From Eledone cirrhosa (Eukaryota): a stretch of 64,000 nucleotides of DNA. The DNA is taken from assembly GCA_964016885.1 (NCBI GenBank), contig OZ024741.1, forward strand, positions 286,254,001-286,318,000, read 5' to 3'. How positions within the stretch are numbered: position 1 is the stretch's first letter; every line of letters starts with the position of its first letter. The position numbers and the translations under genes were made by a program. The notes under the pieces were generated by a model. It did no database searches. It saw only the letters and a program-made list of their open reading frames with translations, and was not told the DNA's origin. This document shows, piece after piece, positions 39,478-55,945 of the stretch.

Positions 39478-39479
<2 letters not shown>

Positions 39480-39613
39480 AAAAGGTATGACCCCGACGGC
39501 TTGAGCTCTGCCGTCGGGGTCATACATTTTCCTATTACCCACTCTACTACCCTAAGTATTGAGTACTCTGGTGCGTTATGGGCCACCTGGTTCCTTACCA
39601 CAATTCCTTCGTT
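39478..39613 (+). mobile_element. Family C mini-element with a 26-bp-arm hairpin centred on hammerhead stem III
   Basis: Arms 39475-39500 and 39510-39535 (one mismatch) surround the loop TTGAGCTCT. The rest is the reverse complement of 22541-22625. (TA)n flanks. Confidence 0.8.
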
Positions 39614-39861
39614 ATATATATATACAACTTTGATAATTTTGATAGGTTTCGGCCAATATTGACTCAGGCCATGGATAGTAAGAATCGATCGTATAACAAT
39701 TTTTTCTCAGATCTCCTTAGACCATTGCGCCAATATAATCGTACAAATACGCATAATGTGGATACATTTGTCTAGACATTATCTTTCCCTTGACTTTATA
39801 TATATATATATAATGGAGTGAAGAATAACACGGATAAGCTATACAACAGGGTTTATTCCAA

Positions 39862-39937
<76 letters not shown>

Positions 39938-39944
39938 TTATAGA

Positions 39945-39985
<41 letters not shown>

Positions 39986-40014
39986 GAGTGTGTGTGTATG
40001 TGTGTGTGTGTGTG

Positions 40015-40079
<65 letters not shown>

Positions 40080-41109
40080 TATATAACGTGCGTGGAGGTG
40101 TCTATATATATAAGTCTGTATGCACGAAGTTGTTATATTTGGCATATGTATGTATATTGGTGTTTACCTAGATAGGTGTGCAGGTAGGTTGGTCGCAAGT
40201 TTAGTGAAGTTTTAACTTCCAATTTCTCCTCCGTTCCGTTTATATTCTCCTATATTCTGTAGTTCTGATTATACTTTTCTTTCTCGTTTCCTCTCTACTG
40301 TTTTTTCTTTTGTTTATATTTTTCTTTACTCTGTTTATTTTTATAGATGTTAAATTAGTGGAATAATTTCTTATTATTCTTCTTGATAGAATTCTTGAGA
40401 AACTAAGCCTGATGGCAACATTAAATTACATTTTTCTATTTTTCTTTTTATTCTAAGACTTAAATTTCTATGAAATTTCCCTACTTTAGAGTTGCCTGAT
40501 TTCTATTTGTTCATCTCCAGATGTGTTGCTCCTTGGTAAACTAGCAGTATAAGAAGAAATTAAAAGATGCATTTACTTATAGAACACTGGAAGTGCTTCG
40601 CAATCGACCACTGTAAAATGTTCACGCTAGCACTTGGATGAACCGGAAATTAGGCTCAGCTGAGATCGATGAAAAATGCTCCAACAAAAGTAAGAAGTCA
40701 AAATTCTAATACCATATATCTACACCATTTAAAATTAGAATGTCATGAATATGGACCAAGATGGATAAACGTAACTGATTCCCAAGTCTCTAGAGTAAAA
40801 TGAAATAAATTACAAATTTAGATATTCGTAGATAATATATTGGAAGGCAATACCTATACTTCGATCCGTAATAATAAAGGAAATAGAAGGCACCCTTTAC
40901 TATACTTACGCAGGGAAGAGATTTCTAAACATGCATCGAAATATGAACGTTCTCACTTTCTACGTTATTGATGTGAGACTGTTGTCTTTCCTTACTGTAC
41001 TATCAAGGGAGTATACTTTGACGCCATCCATCAATCTCTTCTCGCAGATTTCTTCCTGAGAAGGATAGAATGTGAGAGATTGGAAATTAGAAAGAGATAT
41101 AGAGAAACA

Positions 41110-41268
41110 ATCGAACCAGTACTTGACTGGTACTTTTTTTATTTACCTCAAATAGGCGAAAGACAAAGTTGACCTCGGTGAGATTTGAATTCAGAGAGTA
41201 CAGAGCCGGAACGAGTACCCCCAAAACATTCTATTGACCTCCTAACGACTTTATGAATTCGCCGCCTA
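41110..41268 (-). mobile_element. SINE copy
   Basis: Sequence GACTGGTACTTT..CAAAGTTGACCTCGGTGAGATTTGAATTCAGA. Confidence 0.65.
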
Positions 41269-41321
41269 AGACGTATTATTCCAAATATATATATGCGTGT
41301 GTGTGTGTGTGTGTATGTGTG

Positions 41322-41352
<31 letters not shown>

Positions 41353-41560
41353 ATGTGTGCGTGTGTGTGCGTGTATGGAGATAGGTAAAAATCCCGAAAC
41401 CACTTGGCGCCGGAGTCGAGGTTTTACTTATCTCTATATACCCTCTCTGCACCTCCCCATGCATTGAGTACTCGCATGATTAGTCATCTCCACGGTCTCA
41501 GCAACGTAGATCCTCTCTCTCTTTATTATCTCTCTATCTCTCTCTAACTCTCTATCTCTC

Positions 41561-41676
<116 letters not shown>

Positions 41677-41685
41677 TCTCTCTCT

Positions 41686-41714
<29 letters not shown>

Positions 41715-41722
<8 letters not shown>

Positions 41723-41872
41723 TAACAGATTAAAGTTTAAGCAAATAATCGCTGCTTAAACTTTAATCTGTTATTTTAATAAATATTTGCTCTAGGGTTC
41801 TTATATATTTCATACATATTTATCCTTATCGAGCCCTCTTTGGATTTTAGTTCTTCGCATTTATTATTATTA
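41715..41872. mobile_element. Family B fold-back mini-element
   Basis: 29-bp perfect arms at 41715-41743 and 41753-41781. The remainder is the reverse complement of 42335-42430. (TA)n flanks. Confidence 0.75.
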
Positions 41873-42231
41873 CTATATATATATATATAATTATAAATGT
41901 TCTTGACCCGACGGCTGAGCTCTTGCCGATTCAATAGCTAGTTCCTGACGCAGGTATAACCATACACTACAACCCAAAATCGAGTATTCTGTTGAGTTAT
42001 GGTCTAACCAGTTTCATCCATATATATATATATATATATATAAAGGTAGAACACTGGAAGGTAGTATCCGTAGTGGTAGAGCACTCAGTCCATGGGACGA
42101 GTTTGGTAGAAGTAGTAACACAACAGTTAGTTCACCATACCGAGAACAATTGTTTCATAACAATTGTAATCGGTATGGTGAACTAACTTTTAGCTGTTAT
42201 GATACTACTTCTCTCTCTCTATATATATATA

Positions 42232-44933
<2,702 letters not shown>

Positions 44934-44983
44934 TATATATATATATATATATATATGTGTGTATATATATGTATATATATGTA

Positions 44984-45014
<31 letters not shown>

Positions 45015-45111
45015 GTGTATGTATATATGTATATATATATATATATGTATATATATGTATATATGTGTTTATGTATATATGTATATATATATGCACACAC
45101 ACATACACACA

Positions 45112-45145
<34 letters not shown>

Positions 45146-45524
45146 AACACACACACACATATATATATATAATGGAATATCTAGACAATAGATAAAAGCA
45201 AATCAGTGTTTTCTACTGCCATAACATTTTAGGTTTTAATTTCGGTTTTACATGTATTCTATTTGTACTATATTTTATTATAGTGTTTCTAAATATTTAC
45301 ATACTTCACTAACAACCATACCATAATTATTGGATTGCTGCTACATTTTAGCAATATATGCTACTTTTTATGTAATAATTTACTGAAAGCCAGACACTAG
45401 ACTCTAATATTTTACGCCATTTATAAAATTGCACTTATACATGAATTTGAAATATAGTTGATTTCCCACAATGATGCGTGTTTTTTTTTCCTTTCTTGTC
45501 GTATATATATATATATATATATAA

Positions 45525-45641
<117 letters not shown>

Positions 45642-45904
45642 CGTGTGTGTGTGCGTGTGTGTGTGCGTGTGTGTGTGTTTGCTTGTGTGTGAACGCGTAT
45701 ATGTGTTTGTGTATGTGAGTGTGTGTGAGATAGATAGAGAAAGAGCGTACGTTCGTGTTGGTTTAATAAATGCTGGTGTTGTCTGCATGGCGGAATCCAT
45801 TTATTGTCATTTTTTTCTGTTGATATATTGAAAACTATGAAAAATAAACACATATTTCTACAATTTCCCTGTTAGTATACTACCAATACTACTACTAATA
45901 AGAA

Positions 45905-46092
45905 TTTCTAATTTAGTCACAAGTCCAGCAAACGGTGTGGAATGGGGTGTCGATTACACCGATCTAGTAGTTTATTGGTATTGTATTTTATTGGTCGCGG
46001 AGGGTCAATAAACTCAGACCGTAAAGAGAATTAACGAAAGGCCGTAAAGTATTTTGTCCGACGCTCTAACGATTATGTCAATCCAACGTCCT
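45905..46092 (-). mobile_element. Decayed SINE copy
   Basis: Sequence TTTCTAATTTAGTCACAAG...TTTTGTCCGACGCTCTAACGATT. Confidence 0.55.
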
Positions 46093-46103
46093 CACCACCA
46101 CAA

Positions 46104-46228
46104 GCTGCGATAGCTGGCACCTTCAAAATTTGCAAAACATTCTTGCGATTCAAAGGATGACAATTTCTTTTCTTTTACAACCTTGCACCAGAAGGTTGGC
46201 GGTTAAAAATGTATTCCAAATTAAGAGA
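46104..46228 (+). mobile_element. Severely 5'-truncated 3' end of R4/Dong family 1
   Basis: Matches 51036-51163 (..AGTFKICKTFLRFKG* plus UTR) and is followed by CATACATACATAC. Confidence 0.9.
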
Positions 46229-46241
46229 CATACATACATAC

Positions 46242-47080
46242 ATGGTGGCTGCCAACTCGTTTTCCAGTATGGCCACTACTTTATATCCATGTAGGAGAAC
46301 CCCTACCGATGCGCTGAACGAGTGTGACTTTTTAGTCCAGCCAGCGACTTGAAAACTCTGGTACACACACTACATTTGTGACAATTATTGACACATAGCG
46401 CTGGGCCCATGGTACTATGTGACGACAAGTACAGAGAGATCTCTAGATATAAAGCATACATACATACATACATACATGGTGGCTGCCAACTCGTTTTCGA
46501 GTACGGCCACTACTTTATATCCATATAGGAGAACCCCTACCGATGCGCTGAACGAGTGTGACTTTTTAGTCCAGCCAGCGACTTGAAAACTCTGGTACAA
46601 ACACTACACTTGTGACAATTATTGACACATAGTGCTGGGCCCATGGTACCCTGTGACGACAAATGCAGAGAGATCTCCAGATATAAAGCAATGCCTGTGC
46701 CGTGAAGCTTTTATAGTGAGCAAAGGCACTGCACAAAGCCAGTCCCACTCTCTTAACCAAGATGATATTTACCAAAAAGAAGAACAAGTCAACATCATTG
46801 GATACCATCAGAGTTGCAGGTGTTATATCAGAGTTTTCCTTCTCCTAGAATTCTGCCTTGACAAAGGCTAAGGGTCTTCTCTCCCGGTGATTTTGGATGG
46901 CCATTGACTCTTAAGAGCTCCTTTGCCCTTTGACAGGTCTTGTTTTTAGTCCTGCAGGATGTTCAAAGTCACCCTCCTCACCAAGAAACCTTGGTGGGGT
47001 TGCCAGTTTAGTCGCCAACGACCCGACCATGAGACAGGTTGTACTGGGATACATGTTACTGGGATACATGTTACATGGGA
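46242..47080. mobile_element. RTE-associated non-coding element with a ~234-bp tandem duplication
   Basis: 46242-46455 is repeated at 46476-46690. Homologous to 15072-15440 (TGGCTGCCAACTCG, CCAGTCCCACTCTC, CCTTCTCCTAGA, GGATGGCC.TTGACTC). Orientation is uncertain. Confidence 0.55.
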
Positions 47081-47157
47081 TACATACATACATACATACA
47101 TACATACATACATACATACATACATACATACATACATACATACATACATACATACAT

Positions 47158-50100
47158 AAAATGGCGACCGTTGTGGTCAGTGTCCGATAATCGGACGTGT
47201 GTAATTACGGCTTACATGAAGGCAACATACCATATATTGGAAAAAGTTGAGCTACATTACGCGGTAAGATTACATACAATAATTCTACATAAGTGTTTGA
47301 ACTGTAAGTGTGTTGTAAAACACCTATTTATATGAACGATACATACACTTATGATATATGAACGATACATACACTTTAACATATAAATGCAACGTTGTTA
47401 TATTACATTTATAAAGAAATATTACATTTATATAAAACACAGCTGTAGAATTAAAAACTAACTGAAAAGAAATATTACTCAAGCTGTGAATAACTTTAAA
47501 TTTGATTCTGACAGAACTTTGTCGTAACTTTTAAAGAAGATCATCGACTATTTTGAAAAATAAATACGAAATATTAGTGAATAGACGAACTCATCATGGC
47601 AAAAAGTACAAGTCTCCTTCGACCAAATCGCAATTACAACCGATGTATACAGTGGACCTACGAGCTTAACAAAGTATTATATGAAGCATACAAACAAAGT
47701 TCGGTTTTATGCAAAGGCTAAAAACTTTATGGAACTCCAAACACCCAGAATTAGACTTTTCTCCAAAGCATTTAAATGAACAGGCAAAACGTATCATTAG
47801 ATGTAAATTGATACATCTAACGGAATCGAGTGATACTACAAATACAGCCCTTGTAGACAACCACCCCACCTCCACTGACAGACAAAGGGAATGGCCAGCT
47901 AAATCTAACAGTGAACAGCTCACCAACAATTTTGCTGAAATTCATCCCACTTCCACTGAAGAACAGCGAGAAAGGTCAGCTGACTCTAGTAGTAATTGTC
48001 ACCACATCAACAACGAGGCTGAAATTCATGACTCTACTGAACAAACAGAGCACCAAAAACTTGTGGGCTCCCTACAAGTGATATGAAATGATATGTTTCA
48101 AGAGATACACAGCCTTAATGTGAGTGACAGACCATACAACACTAGAGTCAGTAAAGAACCCACTAAATTGGAATTGGAAGCAGTGAACGAAATAGCTGGC
48201 AATTATCTGAAGGCTATACGATCTAAAGGTGTAGAAACGACATTTGAAACGCTTAATGTTTTGTTATATGTTTCAGCTGTCACATTGCTAGCATATAACA
48301 CACATCTAAAACCACGCAATCAAGATACAAACAGAAAGCCTGAACCAGCGTGGATGCGAAATTTAAAAACCAAAATTTTGTCCCTGAGACGAAGTATCTC
48401 ACACATCGCAGTCGTTATGAAATGCAACATAGAGAGCAACTTCACACAACACCAGGAAGACCTAAAGAAAAAGTTAGAGAGAAGATTTGGAGATACAAAA
48501 TTTAAAACTTTGAACTCCAAATTACACCAGTTGAAACAACAACTCACAGCTACAACAGAAAGACTAAAATATAAGTCAACAGCACATAAACGACAAGTGC
48601 TAAATAGATTGTTTGCCAGAGATCCTAAATCAGTTTATCGCAGCTTCGGTGGCAAAAGCTCAATCTCTGTAAATGACACCCCTTCAAAAGAACAGGTTGA
48701 GAGCTACTGGAGATCTGTATGGGAAACGGATGACGGATTCAACAGACAAGCTAATTGGCTAAAAGAACTGGAACAGGACTACTGCCCACATATCCAGACA
48801 AAACAATATGACATAGATGGGTCAATACTGGAAACAGCTCTACAGAAAATGTCGAATAGGAAATCGCCAGGCCCAGACCTCATTACAGGATACTGGTTGA
48901 AGAATTTCACTTTCTATCGGCAAGATCTCATACGGCTGTTTACAGAAACCATTAAGGGCACACAAGAACTGCCCAGATGGTTATCAACTGCCTCTACTCT
49001 CCTCATTCCCAAAAATAGCCAAAAAACCCTTGCTAAAAATTACCGCCCAATTGCCTGCCAAAACATCATGTATAAATTATATACTGGGTGCCTTAACCTG
49101 TTCTTACAGGATCACTGTGCTACCAACAACATCATAACACCTGAGCAAGCTGGTGGAAAGAGGGAGGTGTGGGGTTGCATAGATCACCTACTAACTAACA
49201 AAATGATTCAGGAAAAAACAACAAAGAATCGCAGAAACATGACTGTCGTGTGGCTGGACTATCAAAAAGCATTTGATAGTGTACCTCATGGGTGGATTGT
49301 TAAGGCTTTACAGTTAGCTAAAGTCCCACAACCATTGGTAGCTGCTGTTGAACGCCTGACCAAGAACTGGTACACCAGTTTGATCCTTAGAGGTGAGAAG
49401 GAGCAGGTTAAGACTGATAAGATACATTACCAGAAGGGCATCTTTCAGGGTGATAGCTTGTCAGTGCTACTCTTCGTTCTCTCACTGAATCCACTATCTT
49501 ACCTACTCAGGAAACAAGGTCGACAAAGAAGTGGGACCAGAAGTATCTCCCATCTTTTCTTTGTTGATGACCTGAAGTTGTATGGGCCAAATATCAATGA
49601 CATCAAGAAACAATTGGACCTCATTACACAATTTTCAACCGACATCAAAATGAAATTTGGTGAGTCCAAGTGTGCATATTTGGCAGTAAAACGTGGAAGA
49701 GCTGTGCCCTCCTCTAGAGATCTAGAGATGAACGGCCTGACAATACAACCTCTGCAGTCAGGTGACAACTACAGATATCTTGGACAGGATGAGAATGTCA
49801 GATATGATGGACCCATAAATAAGGAGAGAACCAGAACTGAATACCTCAGAAGAGTAAAGAAAATATGGTCATCAGAACTGTCAGCATACAACAAATACAT
49901 TGCCCACAATACTTATGCTGTGCCAATTCTAACGCCAACATTTGGCCTACTGAACTGGTCATTGCAAGAACTAAGTGAGATGGATGTTAGAACTCGAAAA
50001 CTTCTCAGTGTTACTGGGAACTTTAACATCAATGGTGATGTGGATAGGCTATACTTCTCACGCAAGGAAGGTGGCCGGGGTCTAAAATCAATATTAACAA

Positions 50101-51191
50101 CATATGAGACCCGGATAGTGACACTGAAGCAACACCTTCAACAGAGGAAAAAGGTTGGCAACCATCTTGCCCAGGTTTATGACCATGAAAAAAGAAATAT
50201 CATTAGAATAGCGACTGATCTGGAGGAGAGATATGGAATAAAGCCTGATATAAATCTCTCACCCAGAGAAATCGGAAGATCCTATTCAATGTTCAAACAA
50301 GAAAAGAAAATTGACCAATTTACAGAAAAAGTTGTGCATGGATACTTGAGGCGTAAAACACAGACCATAGAGGGGATAAACCACTCAAAAAGCCTGGCAT
50401 GGAGTTCCGACAAGTTTATGACATCACACCTTGAGGGATATCTCTATGCAATACAGGAACAAGAACTCCCTACCAAATATCTGCTGCACAAAAGAGGAGG
50501 GCCAGCAGCTGACAATAAATGTAGGCTATGTAAAACAAAGATCGAGGATGTAAGCCACATTGTTGCCAGCTGCGAAAGAATGTCATCTCGCTACTACCTC
50601 CCCATGAGACACGATGGGATAGCTAGAACCATCTGGAACGCACTTCGGAAAACAAAATCAACAACAAACGAGGAAGAATATATTGAGACAGATGGCACTA
50701 AGGAATACTGGTGGAACCTGAAAATAAAAACTGCCACCAAATTAAAGCACAACCGGCCTGATATTGTAGTTTGGGACCACACATTGAAAACGTGTTCTGT
50801 TGTGGAGATCAGCTGCCCACTTGATGTAAACGTTGTCAGAAAAATACAGGAGAAGGAGGACATCTACGGACCATTGATGAGGAGTTTACAAATCCAGTAT
50901 CCAAGATACACCTTTAGCTTCATACCCATCATTATTGGGGCTACGGGTTATATACCAACCCGCTTGGACCAAAGTATGACTGAACTTGGATTTGCGGACA
51001 AAAAGCGCAGCTCCCTAATTCATAGTCTACAAATGGCTGCGATAGCTGGCACCTTCAAAATTTGCAAAACATTCTTGCGATTCAAGGGATGACAATTTCT
51101 TTTCTTTTACAACCTTGCCACCAGGAAGGTGGCCGGTCAAAAAATATACTCAAAATTAAGAGAAAGAGAAAACATACAAAAAAAGAAGAGA
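47158..51191 (+). mobile_element. Apparently full-length R4/Dong-type non-LTR retrotransposon (family 1)
   Basis: ~440-bp 5' UTR, ORF starting at ATG 47596 with a frameshift near 47700 and an in-frame TGA at 48084, and a ~100-bp 3' UTR. In-phase (TACA)n at 47081-47157 and 51192-51242. Confidence 0.92.
48093..51092 (+). CDS. Retrotransposon polyprotein: RT, CCHC zinc knuckle and PD-(D/E)xK restriction-like endonuclease (999-aa open part)
   Basis: Motifs KSPGPDLI, NYRPIAC, WLDYQKAFDSVPH, GIFQGDSLS, HLFFVDDLKLY, YRYLG, REGGRGL-like (RKEGGRGL), CRLCKTKIEDVSHIVASC, RHD and HNRPDIVVWD..VVEISCP..K..Y. Confidence 0.92.
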   Translation: MFQEIHSLNVSDRPYNTRVSKEPTKLELEAVNEIAGNYLKAIRSKGVETTFETLNVLLYVSAVTLLAYNTHLKPRNQDTNRKPEPAWMRNLKTKILSLRRSISHIAVVMKCNIESNFTQHQEDLKKKLERRFGDTKFKTLNSKLHQLKQQLTATTERLKYKSTAHKRQVLNRLFARDPKSVYRSFGGKSSISVNDTPSKEQVESYWRSVWETDDGFNRQANWLKELEQDYCPHIQTKQYDIDGSILETALQKMSNRKSPGPDLITGYWLKNFTFYRQDLIRLFTETIKGTQELPRWLSTASTLLIPKNSQKTLAKNYRPIACQNIMYKLYTGCLNLFLQDHCATNNIITPEQAGGKREVWGCIDHLLTNKMIQEKTTKNRRNMTVVWLDYQKAFDSVPHGWIVKALQLAKVPQPLVAAVERLTKNWYTSLILRGEKEQVKTDKIHYQKGIFQGDSLSVLLFVLSLNPLSYLLRKQGRQRSGTRSISHLFFVDDLKLYGPNINDIKKQLDLITQFSTDIKMKFGESKCAYLAVKRGRAVPSSRDLEMNGLTIQPLQSGDNYRYLGQDENVRYDGPINKERTRTEYLRRVKKIWSSELSAYNKYIAHNTYAVPILTPTFGLLNWSLQELSEMDVRTRKLLSVTGNFNINGDVDRLYFSRKEGGRGLKSILTTYETRIVTLKQHLQQRKKVGNHLAQVYDHEKRNIIRIATDLEERYGIKPDINLSPREIGRSYSMFKQEKKIDQFTEKVVHGYLRRKTQTIEGINHSKSLAWSSDKFMTSHLEGYLYAIQEQELPTKYLLHKRGGPAADNKCRLCKTKIEDVSHIVASCERMSSRYYLPMRHDGIARTIWNALRKTKSTTNEEEYIETDGTKEYWWNLKIKTATKLKHNRPDIVVWDHTLKTCSVVEISCPLDVNVVRKIQEKEDIYGPLMRSLQIQYPRYTFSFIPIIIGATGYIPTRLDQSMTELGFADKKRSSLIHSLQMAAIAGTFKICKTFLRFKG

Positions 51192-51505
51192 CATACATAC
51201 ATACATACATACATACATACATACATACATACATACATACATGTCGTATGTGTTTCACGCCTCTATGCCGATCAGCAGACATAAAAAAGGAAGAACATTT
51301 AGTACAAGGCCAGAAATGCTGAGACCCCAGTACTTAACAAATATGTTATTCTATTGGTCCCGGAATATGTAAGAAAGTGGGATCAGTCAGTTGGAATCTG
51401 AAACGACGTAGTACTACTTAAGTCGTCAGAAGTTGATTTCCGACATGCACTTGATAGGTTTGCTGCCAAGTGCTACACGGCTGAAATGAAAATCAATGCT
51501 GCGCA

Positions 51506-52369
51506 GACTGTGACAGTCAAAGAAGCCTGTATCGGTCAAGGAAGCCTGTGGCAGTCAAGGAAGCCTGTGGCAGTCAAGGAAACCTGTGACAGTCAAGGAG
51601 TCTGTGACAGTCAAGAAAGCCTGTGATAGTCAAGAAGGCAGTCTGTGACAGTCAAGGAAGCCTGTGACAGTCAAGGAAGCCTGTGGCAGTCAAGGAAGCC
51701 TGTGACAGTCAAGGAAGCCTGTGGCAGTCAAGGAAGCCTGTGACAGTCAAGGAAGCCTGTGACAGTCAAGGAAGCCTGTGACAGTCAAGGAAGCCTGTGG
51801 CAGTCAAGGAAGCCTGTGACAGTCAAGAAAGCCTGTGGCAGTCAAGGAAGCCTGTGACAGTCAAGGAAGCCTGTGACAGTCAAGGAAGCCTGTGACAGTC
51901 AAGGAAGCCTGTGACAGTCAAGGAAGCCTGTGGCAGTCAAGGAAGCCTGTGACAGTCAAGGAAGCCTGTGACAGTCAAGGAAGCCTGTGACAGTCAAGGA
52001 AGCCTGTGACAGTCAAGGAAGCCTGTGGCAGTCAAGGAAGCCTGTGACAGTCAAGAAAGCCTGTGACAGTCAAGGAAGCCTGTGACAGTCAAGGAAGCCT
52101 GTGGCAGTCAAGGAAGCCTCTGACAGTCAAGAAAGCCTGTGGCAGTCAAGGAAGCCTGTAACAGTCAAGGAAGCCTGTGGCAGTCAAGGAAGCCTGTGAC
52201 AGTCAAGGAAGCCTGTGGCAGTCAAGGAAGCCTGTAACAGTCAAGGAAGCCTGTGGCAGTCAAGGAAGCCTGTGACAGTCAAGGAAGCCTGTGGCAGTCA
52301 AGGAAGCCTGTGACAGTCAAGGAAGCCTGTGGCAGTCAAGGAAGCCTGTGGCAGTCAAGGAAGCCTGTG
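51506..52369. repeat. 19-bp minisatellite AAGCCTGTG(A/G)CAGTCAAGG, ~45 copies
   Basis: Head-to-tail units with no spacers; the left edge is degenerate. Confidence 0.95.
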
Positions 52370-52882
52370 CAATGTACTCTACATGCGAGTAGAGTTCCAC
52401 TGAAGTAAGTGAAGAAGGTCAAATATCTCATGGCCGTGTTCACGAGTGATTGAAGTCAGGAGACTTAATTAAGTGCAAGAACTGCAGAAAATATTGCAGT
52501 AATGCGTCAGCTTCAGCCTTAGGTCATCAAAAGAAGAGAGGGAGGTGTAAAAGCCAAACTTGCTTATTCCAATTTGGAATTCGTGCTAACCCTCACCTAT
52601 GGTCGTGAACCTTGGGTAATAACCGACAGAATACTATCGCGAATATAAACGGCCGAAAGTGAGTTCCTCGGAAGGGGCTTCTGTGTAATATTTACTCAAT
52701 AGAGTGCGTAGCTCGGAGATCAAAGAGACACTCCAGACCCGTTATTTAATACAAACGTTTGTGGGTAACAGGAGAAGACATTAATATATTTCTACTGACA
52801 TATGGGAATCGTATGACTTTAGCACTCATCTGTAATATATATCCATATATATGATATACAACCACAACATTAATATCTCTCT

Positions 52883-52993
<111 letters not shown>

Positions 52994-53370
52994 ATACAAA
53001 TATACATACAAACTATAGATACTTAATGTCTGCAGTTATATAGTGATGAAGTTGAAACTATGGTTGACGCCAAAACACTGTGTAATTGGGACATCACTAC
53101 AGCATAGAAAGAAGATTATGAAAGAATCACAAGGAATTTTCCTTTAATAAAAAGTTCTTGGTAATCTAGCTTTGTATGACTACTAATTAAACGTTTCCTC
53201 TACTTTCTATTTATCTCTTTCCTTATTTCTCGAGTTATGATATATTCTGACAGATGTTTACATATATACATATATGTATATATGTATATACATAGGGGCA
53301 GGGTGTGTGTGTGTGTATAGATATATGTACATACATACAAAAGCTTGCCTGATGACCCTGAGAATATATG

Positions 53371-53433
<63 letters not shown>

Positions 53434-53742
53434 ATTGTTGCTCTATGAATAACTGGGACAAAATAATCCGAATGGATTAGATTGATTCAGTATCAGAGCT
53501 ATATAATACATTATAAAGAAAGAAGAAACATTACAGATACTTAATAACATATACCATACCCAAATTTCTTTACTAGTCCTCAACTACGTAGTTTCGTGGC
53601 TTATTATGCAAAAATACTACATCACAGAGATACAGTATTTTTGTGAGGTATGCCGACTTATATAGAGGATACCTCATTTAGAGTTTCAAAACACATCCGT
53701 AGGACGCGAGATAGCTCTGTTTCTTGACCGCTGTATCACGTG
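53434..53742 (-). mobile_element. Family A copy with hammerhead-like motif (~53577-53630) and a terminal inversion
   Basis: Aligns with 528-765 and 1-210. 53709-53742 is the reverse complement of ~240-269. Preceded by (TA)n. Confidence 0.7.
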
Positions 53743-53929
53743 GACACTTATAAATCGTCAGTGGAAGCCCATTAAACTTTGATATAAGAAAAAATTCCTT
53801 ACCACAGTTAGTTTTCGTGTCCGCTAAGAATGACCGCCAAATTTGAAATTCCAGCAGCCTTTTGACTGAGGAAGTATCATAGCGTCACGAAGCGGAAAAG
53901 GGAGACAAACACGATTTACGAGAAAAGTA

Positions 53930-54333
53930 AAATAATATACACGTGGGTTAATTAGTTTTTTCAAAAACATTATCAATCCTGCGTGTTAAGAAGTCAATTT
54001 TTTTAAAATAAATGTATGCGTGTATTAATTACACACGCATATAGATATTTTCTTAGGCTAAAAACAGAGAAATGATACCTAAAAACAATCACATCTCATA
54101 ACTGTAATAAATACGGAAAGTTACGCTTTAAAACGCATTTGGGAATGTAAATCTCTGGCCAAATTAAGAGTAAAATATTTAATACACGCGAATTAATTAG
54201 TTATTTCAAAACCAATATTAATTTCGCGTGTTAAGAATTCAATTAATTTAAAAAAATAAATGTATGCAAGTAATTATTTACACACGCATATAAATATTTT
54301 CTTAGGCTAAAAACAGAGAAATGATTCCCAAAT
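53930..54333. repeat. Diverged ~155-bp direct repeat (period ~243 bp)
   Basis: GCGTGTTAAGAA..TAAATGTATGC..TATTTTCTTAGGCTAAAAACAGAGAAATGAT occurs twice. Confidence 0.75.
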
Positions 54334-54334
54334 T

Positions 54335-55191
<857 letters not shown>

Positions 55192-55945
55192 ATATATCTC
55201 ACGTCGGTGCAATAATAACCAAAATAAGTTATTAGGACAATTAAAACGCGTATAGCGAGTGAGACAGGAGAACATCACTCGCTTTACGCGTTTTAATTGT
55301 CCTAATAACTTATTTTGGTTATTATTGCACCGACGTGAGATATATGATTTTTAATGCAATGAAATATCTATGATCTTCGGCAAATCACTGATGAGGGACT
55401 TATTTTATTACATGTTATCCATGTGCTACCTGCAGTATTTTTCTCTATATTTTCATACATATATTTACCACTGCGATTCTGTGTGTTTTTCTCTCTCTCT
55501 TACTGTTCCCCCATTCTCTCTGTTTCTCCCCCTCTGTCATGTCCGTTAACTCTTCCTCACACTTTCACTCACTCACTGTTTTTCTCTCTCTTCTCTTCAT
55601 TTCATCCTGCACACCACGAACGCTATTTTTTTCTCTCTCTGCTCATAGTCTTCGCTCGTGTAGGATCTATTCTCTAAGCGCTCATATATTCACCTAGCTT
55701 ATGCTAAACAGAATAATTTTTGAAGCTTGTTTCTTTCCCCCGGTTAGCTTTACTCTGTTGTTCTCCTGTCTCACTCGCTTTACGCGTTTTAATTGTCCTA
55801 ATAACTTATTTTGGTTATTATTGCACCGACGTGAGATATATGATTTTTAATGCAATGAAATATCTATGATCTTCGGCAAATCACTGATGAGGGACTTATT
55901 TTATTACATGTTATCCATGTGCTACCTGCAGTATTTTTCTCTATA

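Noticed and set aside
39636-39725. Minus-strand GGCC..GGCC-GAAACCTATC hammerhead-like half (similar weak halves at ~21955, ~32178, ~40410, ~41396)
   Set aside because: No properly spaced 5' core or stem I. They may be decayed PLE ends but cannot be supported individually.
40520-40695. Possible coding exon after CTCCAG
   Set aside because: No convincing open frame or recognisable protein similarity.
51506-52369. CRISPR array or coding repeat next to an RT gene
   Set aside because: Units are contiguous with no unique spacers and no cas genes are present. The 19-nt period is not a multiple of 3 and brings TGA stops into frame on both strands.
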